Positions 40,302-48,080 of a DNA stretch of 64,000 nt are shown piece by piece (the stretch's first letter is position 1; each line of letters opens with the position of its first letter). The DNA comes from Persephonella sp. GTDB lineage: Bacteria > Aquificota > Aquificia > Aquificales > Hydrogenothermaceae. A model generated the notes under the pieces. The model was not told the origin of the DNA, made no database searches, and saw only the letters and a list, made by a program, of their open reading frames with translations. Both the position numbers and the translations under genes were made by a program. The stretch is taken from NCBI RefSeq assembly GCF_015487465.1, contig NZ_WFPS01000008.1:10139-74138 (forward strand), in the 5' to 3' direction.

Positions 40302-41855
40302 CTAATCATAATAAAACCTGTCTTTTATAAACTCAAAAACAAAACAGCTTTCTTTTAAAAGTTTTTCATACCTTTTTATATCAACAGGTTTTGGACTTTT
40401 GATATATATCTCATAGGGAACAGCCTTTATAAAACTGTCTTTTATATAGATTATGTTCACTTTTTCTCCGGGATTTACCGTTATACCCTCTTTTATCAGT
40501 GTGCCTGCTGTTTCTGAAATGTCATTTTTAACCCTGTATTCCTCTACTAACTTTGACAGTCTTTTTCTGACAATAAGATCCTGAACACAGAATTTTCCCT
40601 CCCTTAGCATTACAGCGTATTTTTCAAAAAATGTGTCAATATCTGACAGTTTTTTTAAAAGCTCTTTTTTGTTTTTTGCTTTTGACAGGTGGTTCAGGAA
40701 ATCTTCCTGAAACTTTTTAATAAAACGGGGAGTGTCTGATCTTCTCAGCTCAATGCCCCTCACTTTTATCCTGCCGTCTTTAAACTTTCCGTAAAATCTA
40801 TTTGGAACGCCTACACCGTCTTCTTTTGATGGAACAAATACTATCCAGTCATACACACCTTCAAGTTTAACCTCAAAAGGAACTGTCTCCTCCAGCACCC
40901 CTTTATATTTTCTGGAAAGCTTTTTGTTTATATTGTCCTTTAGCTTGTTATAAGCTTCCTCAGTAGCTCCTTTTTTGTATATCCATATACAGTCTGTCAG
41001 TCCGTGTAATAAACTAAAACCTTCTTTTTCTGCTATATCTTTAACAAAAAGAAGAAGATCCCTTCCTATAGCTGTTGTTGTTTCGTGGGACTCTATTCTT
41101 CCAAAAACAGCATTTTTGTAGCCTAAATAACCAAAGCTGACAACCAGAAGCCATTTTATACCTATCTGCCTTCTGTCGTATTTATCTCCTTCTTTTTTCT
41201 TTAGCTTTTTATATTGTTTTCTTCTTTCTATTAAAAACTTCAGAGTTTTTGGGAGTATCCCCTCTTTTTGTGTGCATATACGGTAGCCGGCGGTAGGCAG
41301 TCTGTGAATGCATTTTTTGTGCTTGCAGTTTATTGTTTCGTAAGAAAGATTGTAGTTTGCGATAATTGATGGATACATTGAGAAAAAATCAAGCTCTGCA
41401 ACATTTTCATAAATTCCTGCCTCCGGTCTGAATGTCAGTCCTCCCCTGTCTATTTTCAACAGGTCAACTGCTGTTTTTGGATCTTCAGGATTGCTTTTCC
41501 TGTAGGGGATCAGATAACCCTGTTCAAAGGCTATCTTCATCTCAAGTGATGTTATTGGCGTTCCTATGGTTGTCCTTGATAGCTGTTGCAGGGGCAATGA
41601 GGATATCCTTGACAGCTCAATCATACCGTCAAGACCTATCTCTCTGTAGAAAAATGAGTTTGAGGGATCTATATGTATCCTTCCTAAGAAAAATGACGAG
41701 TCCGGCATAAAAACAGTTTTTCCGTATGAAAAGAATGATCTTCCTTTCTTTAAAACAGGAACTCCCCCTTCCCTGCTGAGTGATGAAACCCCTGATCTTA
41801 AAAGATTTGGAACAATAAGCTGATCTCCGTGTTCTATGATAAGTATGTCAGGGTC
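40302..41855 (-). CDS. family B DNA polymerase, C-terminal segment (-1 frame relative to the N-terminal segment)
   Basis: The frame is open from 41855 (DPDILIIEHGDQ...) through the ORF-track Met at 41708. Motif A LDFFSMYPSIIANYN, motif B-like KWLLVVSFGYLGY, motif C HGLTDC, thumb-like NRFYGKF..KVRGIELRRSD. Confidence 0.85.
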   Translation of the reverse strand, partial: DPDILIIEHGDQLIVPNLLRSGVSSLSREGGVPVLKKGRSFFSYGKTVFMPDSSFFLGRIHIDPSNSFFYREIGLDGMIELSRISSLPLQQLSRTTIGTPITSLEMKIAFEQGYLIPYRKSNPEDPKTAVDLLKIDRGGLTFRPEAGIYENVAELDFFSMYPSIIANYNLSYETINCKHKKCIHRLPTAGYRICTQKEGILPKTLKFLIERRKQYKKLKKKEGDKYDRRQIGIKWLLVVSFGYLGYKNAVFGRIESHETTTAIGRDLLLFVKDIAEKEGFSLLHGLTDCIWIYKKGATEEAYNKLKDNINKKLSRKYKGVLEETVPFEVKLEGVYDWIVFVPSKEDGVGVPNRFYGKFKDGRIKVRGIELRRSDTPRFIKKFQEDFLNHLSKAKNKKELLKKLSDIDTFFEKYAVMLREGKFCVQDLIVRKRLSKLVEEYRVKNDISETAGTLIKEGITVNPGEKVNIIYIKDSFIKAVPYEIYIKSPKPVDIKRYEKLLKESCFVFEFIKDRFYYD

Positions 41856-42460
41856 TTTTTTTTTATAAAGTCTGAAAGCTCATCTGTCTGGCTGTCAAAT
41901 ATCAGTGATCTTCCTTCAAAATTGACTATAAGAGGTGGAAGATTTTTTGTGTGATTTGGGTTTTCCCCTTCTGTTTCAGGTTTTATCTCCATAATTTTCA
42001 GGGGAAATACCATGTAGTCTGTACTTGAGTAATCATCAATCTTTTTGTAAAGGGTTTTTCCATTTTTACAGATCTCCTCAAGCTGGCAGAAAGGAAATAT
42101 CTTTTTTTCAAACATAAAAAGCTGTGAAGGGGTCAGCTGGAGGTTGTAAAGGTCTGTTTCCTGAAACTCTTTTCTACTTTTTACAAAGTTTACCGCCTTA
42201 TGGTAAACGGCAGGACTGTCTGACACGATTTTAAAAAGCTGTATCTCCCCATCAATAAGATCTTTTTTTCTTGTTTTTTTTATCTTTATACTGTTTCCAA
42301 ATCTCTTTTTTAGCAGTTTTAAAGCTTTTGTATCCTCTGCTTTGATAAAAAAGTAGGGTCTGAACCTTCTGAAAACAGACTTTCTATCTCCTTTTTCTCC
42401 TATGAGCCACAGGACTATACCGTAAGAGTTTGAGTAAACATCAAGGATCTGGTATCTCAT
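41834..42460 (-). CDS. family B DNA polymerase, N-terminal segment (ends at TAG 12 nt past the A9 tract)
   Basis: MRYQILDVYS...FRPYFFIK is a PolB N-terminal-domain pattern. The frame ends ..DFIKKKTLTYLS*. Confidence 0.8.
   Translation of the reverse strand: MRYQILDVYSNSYGIVLWLIGEKGDRKSVFRRFRPYFFIKAEDTKALKLLKKRFGNSIKIKKTRKKDLIDGEIQLFKIVSDSPAVYHKAVNFVKSRKEFQETDLYNLQLTPSQLFMFEKKIFPFCQLEEICKNGKTLYKKIDDYSSTDYMVFPLKIMEIKPETEGENPNHTKNLPPLIVNFEGRSLIFDSQTDELSDFIKKKTLTYLS
41855..41864 (-). other. A9 tract + G containing an in-phase A AAA AAG heptamer at the polB frame break
   Basis: The coding strand reads ATA AAA AAA AAG ACC. A -1 slip (or an A10 tract) reads GAC CCT GAC... and fuses both polB segments without a stop. 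Confidence 0.7.
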
Positions 42461-42689
42461 CTTTTATCCTCTGGATCTGTTTTTCTATCTCAATCAAAAT
42501 TCCAAAGAGGATGATTTCCATAGGATATACAGATGGGGCGTTTCCTATAGCCTGTGAATGCTTTTTTGCGTAAGAAAAAAGCCTGTCAAGTATCTGTCTG
42601 TCTTCTTTCCTCAAGGCTTTTCTAAACTCTGACAGCTCTTTTTGTTTCAGTTTCACAAGCTGTGTTGCAGAAGGCACAGTTTTTCCCAT
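42441..42689 (-). CDS. hypothetical 82-aa helical protein (lexA-polB cassette member)
   Basis: Its start lies 1 nt after the upstream stop codon, and its 3' end overlaps the polB start by 20 nt. No recognised motif. Confidence 0.5.
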   Translation of the reverse strand: MGKTVPSATQLVKLKQKELSEFRKALRKEDRQILDRLFSYAKKHSQAIGNAPSVYPMEIILFGILIEIEKQIQRIKDEIPDP

Positions 42690-42690
42690 C

Positions 42691-43137
42691 TCAGTTGTCC
42701 ATTGATATGTTTGTTATCATGAAGTTTTCTCCAACAACAAAAACCGGAATATCAATCCTGTTTATAAATGCCAGAGCAGATGTGAAAGAGTTTTCCCTCT
42801 CTTTATCAGGAATGCTCTGATCCTTTAAAAGAGTTTCTATGTCTGATATAACAAGAACATCAGGGTTCTCTTTTATAGCTTTTTCCACAGCTTTTTTAAG
42901 CTGAAATATATTAAATACTCTTATTATTTTTATTTTCTCCAGAAGCTTTTCAGCATTAATCTTTTCAAATTTTGCAGCGTTAGATATCAAAAAAGGATTA
43001 AACCTATTCCCACAGTCTATAAGAGATACTTTCTGTGATCTTCTTGTAAATTTGTAAATAAGGTAGTGGTAGTGATATTTTCCGTTTTTTATCTCTATTT
43101 TGTTTTTTAGCCGATGAAGAAGATGTCCTTTTTTCAT
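42691..43137 (-). CDS. RecA/RadB-fold-like protein lacking a Walker A motif (ImuA/SulA-like)
   Basis: KVSLIDCGNRFNPFLI...IKIIRVFNIFQL...NPDVLVISDIETLL matches the strand/helix pattern after the P-loop in RecA/Rad51/KaiC-type cores. No GxxxxGK[ST] is present. The ATG lies 1 nt after the lexA stop. Confidence 0.4.
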   Translation of the reverse strand: MKKGHLLHRLKNKIEIKNGKYHYHYLIYKFTRRSQKVSLIDCGNRFNPFLISNAAKFEKINAEKLLEKIKIIRVFNIFQLKKAVEKAIKENPDVLVISDIETLLKDQSIPDKERENSFTSALAFINRIDIPVFVVGENFMITNISMDN

Positions 43138-43138
43138 C

Positions 43139-43756
43139 TTAAAACCTCCTTTTCAGTCCTTTAAATGATCTTATGATCCCTTTTACTACCCCCTGAACCT
43201 GAACCCTCTCAGCCTCAAAATACATAGGCTCCATATTAGAGTTTGCCGGAACGAGCTTCACAAAACCTTTTTCCCGGTAAAATCTTTTCAGAGTTGCCTC
43301 CTCCCCATCAATAAGAACAACGGCAACCTCTCCGTTCAGAACATCTTTTCTGTTTTCAACGATTATTATGTCACCGTCTAATATGTGATCTTCAATCATT
43401 GAGTATCCTTTAACCCTCAGAGCGTAGCAGTTTTCACAATCTATCAGGTCTGTAATATCCACATGCTCAAAAATATCTTCCTGAATCTGTATAGGTTCCC
43501 CTGCAGCTATCTCCCCATAAAAAGGAAATCTTAATGGGTCTTCATCAAACAACCTATCCCTGTTTATTCTGAATTTTCCCCTTCCTGTTTTCTGCAGGTA
43601 TCCTTCCTTCACAAGCTTTTGCAAATGCTCATGTATCGTTGAAACAGCAGAAAGACCAAAATGATTGGCGATCTCTTTCAGTGTCGGGTTGTAACCTTTC
43701 TGGTAGGTAAAACGGGCTATAAACTGCAAAATCTCTTTCTGTCTTTTTGTGAGCAA
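43139..43756 (-). CDS. lexA: LexA repressor (S24 peptidase)
   Basis: N-terminal winged helix (LTKRQKEILQFI...GYNPTLKEIA), cleavage-site region YGEIAAGEPI, Ser in GYSM and Lys in ATLKRF. TTG start with AGGAGG 8 nt upstream. Confidence 0.9.
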   Translation of the reverse strand: MLTKRQKEILQFIARFTYQKGYNPTLKEIANHFGLSAVSTIHEHLQKLVKEGYLQKTGRGKFRINRDRLFDEDPLRFPFYGEIAAGEPIQIQEDIFEHVDITDLIDCENCYALRVKGYSMIEDHILDGDIIIVENRKDVLNGEVAVVLIDGEEATLKRFYREKGFVKLVPANSNMEPMYFEAERVQVQGVVKGIIRSFKGLKRRF

Positions 43757-43852
43757 TTTCCTAACCTCCTGATTTTTAATATAACCGAAAAAAAACCGAA
43801 AATCAAGATGATAAAAATCAATAAAGGTTTATATTTTTAGTGGAGGGTAAAT

Positions 43853-45298
43853 ATGGAGATTTTCCTGAAACTTCCAAATGAGATTGAGGTTATACAGCCT
43901 GCTGTTGATTTTGTTTACAGATGGGCTGTTGAAAACGGTCTTGGCGAGAAAGAGGCTGAGGAGTTTGCCACAGCTTTTGATGAGCTTATAACAGATGTTG
44001 TTCTGTTTGCTTTTGAAGAAAAGGGTGAGTTTTCTGTATTTTTAAAAAGTAGTCTTTCACAGCTTGAGATAACAGTTCAGGAGCTTGGAGAACCATTTGA
44101 TCCTGAAAGGCATAAGTATTCTGTTGAAAGATTTATCAGGGAAGGAAATTTTGATGGTGCTGGATTTGAGATAATAAGAAATCTTGCTGATGATTTCATT
44201 TATATATACAAGGGAAGGGCAGGGAAAGAGTTCAGGATCATAAAGTATATAAAACACAGACATATCACACATATACTCCCTGAAGAAAAATTAAAGGCAG
44301 AGGCTGAAAAGGCTGTAGGCTATCAGATATCCCCTGTTTCTGAAGAAGATGCTGAGGATATAGCAAGGCTGATATACAGGTCTTACGGTTATACTTATCC
44401 TAAAGAAGACATGTATTACCCTGACAGGATAGTAAAAGCCATAAAGGAAGGGAGAAAGTTTGGTGTTATAGTGAGAACAGATAAAGGGGAAGCTGTTGGG
44501 TATTTTGCTGTCATAAAGATGCCAGATTCTAACATCGGCGAGGTTGGGGAGGTTGTTGTATCACCAAAACACAGGGGAAAAGGAATAATGAAAATGATGA
44601 TGAAGGCTCTTATAGATATGGCAAGATCAAAAGGTCTTTACGGTCTGTTTGGGGAGGCTGTAACAGTTCATACCATAAGCCAGAAGGTAAACGCAAAATA
44701 CGGCTTTAAATCAACAGCTCTTGTTCTTGGATTTTTTCCCTATGCAAAATACAAAGGTTTTGAACACAAACAGCAGAGAATATCTGTGGTTATTGATTTT
44801 CTTCCCCTTGTTGAAAGAAAAGAAGTTAAGGTTTTTCTGCCTGATCCCTACAAAAATATACTGAAAAAAATATACAAAAATCTGGGAATAACAGTTATAA
44901 ATATGCCTGTGAGAAAACAGCCCTCTCTAAAAGAAAGATCAAAGATTGATCTGCAGATAAATTACAGATTTTCTGTGGCGGTTATTGTTGTTGATAGATA
45001 CGGAAAGGACTTTTTTAGCCGTCTGGATAAAAAGATAGACTCCCTCAAGAAAAAAGGGATAAAAGGGATATATATTGATCTTCCCCTTGATGATCCTTAC
45101 ACCAAAGAAGCTGCAAAACAGCTTATGGAAAGAGGTTTTATCTTCAGCGGGCTTATGCCCCTTTTCCATAAAAATAAGGATCACCTGAGAATGCAGATGC
45201 TGACAGAAAATATAGATCTTAGATGGATCAATACCTTTTCAAATATGGCTAAGAAGATAAAGAGGTTCATAAACAGACAGATAAAAAAGAGGGATTAA
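43853..45298 (+). CDS. RsbW/SpoIIAB-like HATPase domain fused to a GNAT acetyltransferase domain and an uncharacterised C-terminal region
   Basis: The N-terminal ~130 aa resembles anti-sigma kinases (FDELITDVVLFAF, VQELGEPFDP). The GNAT motif A is VVVSPKHRGKGIMKMMM. GGAGGG RBS. Confidence 0.65.
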   Translation: MEIFLKLPNEIEVIQPAVDFVYRWAVENGLGEKEAEEFATAFDELITDVVLFAFEEKGEFSVFLKSSLSQLEITVQELGEPFDPERHKYSVERFIREGNFDGAGFEIIRNLADDFIYIYKGRAGKEFRIIKYIKHRHITHILPEEKLKAEAEKAVGYQISPVSEEDAEDIARLIYRSYGYTYPKEDMYYPDRIVKAIKEGRKFGVIVRTDKGEAVGYFAVIKMPDSNIGEVGEVVVSPKHRGKGIMKMMMKALIDMARSKGLYGLFGEAVTVHTISQKVNAKYGFKSTALVLGFFPYAKYKGFEHKQQRISVVIDFLPLVERKEVKVFLPDPYKNILKKIYKNLGITVINMPVRKQPSLKERSKIDLQINYRFSVAVIVVDRYGKDFFSRLDKKIDSLKKKGIKGIYIDLPLDDPYTKEAAKQLMERGFIFSGLMPLFHKNKDHLRMQMLTENIDLRWINTFSNMAKKIKRFINRQIKKRD

Positions 45299-45598
45299 AT
45301 GGAGTATCACAAAACTGATCAAACGCTTTTTGTGAAGCTAAAGTCAGATCTAACATACCCTTCTGTAAAAAGGCTGGAAACCCTTGTGAATGTTGAGGAT
45401 GTTGAAAATCTTGTGATTGATCTGACAGAGGCAAAAATAGTGGACAGTGAGGGTGTAAGGTTTATTTATACTGTTATGAAGGAAGGGCTTCAGATAACCC
45501 TTGTAAACCCTCCATACATATTTGATAAAATCATTGATATATTAAAACTAAAGAGCTACATGAAAGATCTGAAAATAGTCAGGGAGGAAAGGAGATGA
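45299..45598 (+). CDS. STAS domain protein (anti-sigma-factor antagonist-like)
   Basis: 99 aa. LVIDLTEAKIVDSEGVRFIY has Ser at the SpoIIAA/RsbV phospho-site position. Confidence 0.8.
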   Translation: MEYHKTDQTLFVKLKSDLTYPSVKRLETLVNVEDVENLVIDLTEAKIVDSEGVRFIYTVMKEGLQITLVNPPYIFDKIIDILKLKSYMKDLKIVREERR

Positions 45599-45816
45599 GG
45601 GTGATAATAGCTGTTTTGTCTGTTTTTATGTTTGCACAGGGACAGGATATGGTAAATCTCAGCTCAATAAAAGATAAAGAGATGATAAGATGCCTTTCCG
45701 GTTATATAAAAGAAAACAAAACCCATGTCAGAATGATAATAGATCAGGACGGGAAGAAGGAACTCCAGATACCAAAAGAGTATGTTGACCACTGCAAAGA
45801 TGCCTTAAGCCGTTAA
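45595..45816 (+). CDS. small secreted protein
   Basis: 73 aa with a signal peptide and two Cys. 4-nt overlap with the STAS gene stop. Confidence 0.45.
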   Translation: MRVIIAVLSVFMFAQGQDMVNLSSIKDKEMIRCLSGYIKENKTHVRMIIDQDGKKELQIPKEYVDHCKDALSR

Positions 45817-47027
45817 CTGTGTTCCTCAACCCATTTGTAAGCAAGGTAAGATAGAACAGAGGCTCCAACAGGGAGAACATCCTCATCTATATCAAAAACA
45901 GGGCTGTGGAGGGGTGCTGTTATACCTTTTTCCTCATTCCTTATCCCTAACCTTATAAATGTTCCGGGAACTTTCATCAGATACTCTGAAAAATCCTCAC
46001 CCCCCATCGTTGGGTTTTCAAGTTCTATCACATTCTGATCACCTAAAAGATCCCTCATCATTCCAAGTGCAAACTTTGTTGTCTTTTCATCATTTATAAC
46101 AGGGGGTGTTCCCTGTCTGTAATCAAACTTGTAAGCTGCCCCGTAAGAAAGTGTTATTCCCCATACGGCGTTTTCTATCCATTTTGGTATCTGATCCCTC
46201 AGCTCAAGGCTAAGCGTTCTTACAGTTCCTCCCATCTCAACTTCGTCAGGTATAATGTTTTCAGCATATCCCCCTTTTATCTTCCCTACAGTCAAAACTG
46301 CAGGATGTAAAGGATCAACCTTTCTGCTCACAATATGGTGTAGAGCATTTATTACCTGTGCAGCAACAAGAACAGAATCAACACCCTGATGGGGTCTTGA
46401 TGCGTGGGAGCCTTTTCCTTTTATCTTTATATGGAATATGTCTGATGAAGCCATAAAATGACCTATCTTTGTTCCCACTTTACCTGCAGGTAGTTCAGGA
46501 AATACATGAAGACCAAAAATTGCAGAAACGTCAGGGTTTTCAAGAACACCTTCCTCAACTAATTTTTTTGCACCTCCACAGTCGTGTCTCTCCTCACAGG
46601 GCTGGAATATCAGTTTCACATTTCCCTGAAGGTGTTCTTTCAGACTGCACAGGATTTTTGCAGCCCCAAGGAGCATGGTGGTGTGGGCGTCATGTCCACA
46701 GGAATGCATCACATGGGGAACTTTTGATGCGTAAGGTTTACCGGATTTTTCTTCCATAGGAAGAGCGTCCATATCTGCCCTCAGGGCAACGGTCACATCA
46801 TGCTTTCCGTTTATTATTCCGACAACAGCTGTAGTTCCCCCAAAATTCTCAATAACCTGATCAACACCAAACTCCCTTAGTTTTTCAGAAACAAATTTTC
46901 CTGTTTTTCTTTCTTCCCCTGAAAGCTCAGGATACATATGTATATGCCTTCTCCACTGGATAAGTTCATCTTTTATCTGTTCAGCGATCCTTTTTATCTC
47001 TTCTTTTGCGTTTATATGCACACCCAT
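45813..47027 (-). CDS. M20D family amidohydrolase (N-acyl-amino-acid/hippurate hydrolase-like)
   Basis: LRADMDALP, HSCGHDAHT and QPCEE patterns. Confidence 0.85.
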   Translation of the reverse strand: MGVHINAKEEIKRIAEQIKDELIQWRRHIHMYPELSGEERKTGKFVSEKLREFGVDQVIENFGGTTAVVGIINGKHDVTVALRADMDALPMEEKSGKPYASKVPHVMHSCGHDAHTTMLLGAAKILCSLKEHLQGNVKLIFQPCEERHDCGGAKKLVEEGVLENPDVSAIFGLHVFPELPAGKVGTKIGHFMASSDIFHIKIKGKGSHASRPHQGVDSVLVAAQVINALHHIVSRKVDPLHPAVLTVGKIKGGYAENIIPDEVEMGGTVRTLSLELRDQIPKWIENAVWGITLSYGAAYKFDYRQGTPPVINDEKTTKFALGMMRDLLGDQNVIELENPTMGGEDFSEYLMKVPGTFIRLGIRNEEKGITAPLHSPVFDIDEDVLPVGASVLSYLAYKWVEEHS

Positions 47028-47090
47028 TTGATTACCCCATCTTTTTGGTAGGATAAATTTTACCAGAGATAAGCAGGGAGAGATTATGAT

Positions 47091-48080
47091 TTATATAAGA
47101 CTATAAAGGGCATTTATTACCATTTCAGCTGAAATTTTCTCCATACATTCAAAAGTGCCTGTGGGACATCTGTTGTGTCCGTGAAGACCGCATGGACGAC
47201 ATTTTAGACCTTTTACCTCAACTACTTTGCCATTTCTGAAAGGATAAAAACCGAAATCTGTAACTGTTGGACCATAAATATCAACAACAGGGGTATTGAA
47301 AGAGACAGCCATGTGAACAGGGGCAGAATCATTGGAGATCAGAGCCTTTGCATGTTTTACCAGACTGAAACTCTCCCTTAATGATGTTTTCCCTACGATG
47401 TTTATAATCCCTGACTTTTCTTTGGTAATCTCCTGTGTAAAATCGGTATCTTCCTTGCTACCGAAAACAACAACCTTCTCACCTTTTTTTAAAAGAGCAT
47501 CAATCAGGTCTGAAAAACCTTTGGCTGTCCATCTTTTTGTTTTCCATTTAGAGCCGGGTGCAATAAGTATGTAGTTTTTACTTTTTAAACCTAACTTTGT
47601 GTAATAACTGTCCTCCTCATTATCAAGAAATATCTGGGGAAATCTGTGTAATTTTGACTCATCATACCCTTTAAAAACTTTCAACAAAGAAAGATTTCTA
47701 TCTATCTCATGTGTTCCGTCAAATCTGTGGGGAACTGTTTTTGTGTAAAGAAATGAAAATCCTGCCCTGTCAAAACCTACCCTGAAAGGAATTCCTGACA
47801 GAAAAAGGGTGTATGACGCCCTGTGGGATCTATGGGGGGATACAGCTATATCAAACTTCTCTAATCTTAATGTTTTTATCAGCTGGAGGTTTGAACTCTT
47901 TTTTTTGTCGTAAATGATCAGTTTATCTATGTTAGGGTTGTTTTTCAAAACATCTTTTCCAAAAGGTTTTGTTATGACTGTAAGTTTGCTTTCAGGAAAA
48001 AGATTTTTTATTGATCTTAAAAGGGGCGTCGTAAGAATAAGGTCTCCTAAGAATGCTGTTTGCCATACAACGATTTTCAT
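47091..48080 (-). CDS. glycosyltransferase family 9 (LPS heptosyltransferase-like)
   Basis: KIVVWQTAFLGDLILTTPLLRSIK N-terminus and C-terminal ISNDSAPVHMA. Confidence 0.8.
   Translation of the reverse strand: MKIVVWQTAFLGDLILTTPLLRSIKNLFPESKLTVITKPFGKDVLKNNPNIDKLIIYDKKKSSNLQLIKTLRLEKFDIAVSPHRSHRASYTLFLSGIPFRVGFDRAGFSFLYTKTVPHRFDGTHEIDRNLSLLKVFKGYDESKLHRFPQIFLDNEEDSYYTKLGLKSKNYILIAPGSKWKTKRWTAKGFSDLIDALLKKGEKVVVFGSKEDTDFTQEITKEKSGIINIVGKTSLRESFSLVKHAKALISNDSAPVHMAVSFNTPVVDIYGPTVTDFGFYPFRNGKVVEVKGLKCRPCGLHGHNRCPTGTFECMEKISAEMVINALYSLI

Noticed and set aside
41760-41854. Stimulatory stem-loop or pseudoknot downstream, or SD-like element upstream, of the A AAA AAG site
   Set aside because: I could find only trivial 4-5 bp complementarities (for example atctt/aagat with a 2-nt loop) and no AGGAGG-like sequence 8-14 nt upstream. 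I therefore make no claim of a stimulator. This weakens, but does not exclude, the programmed-frameshift reading.
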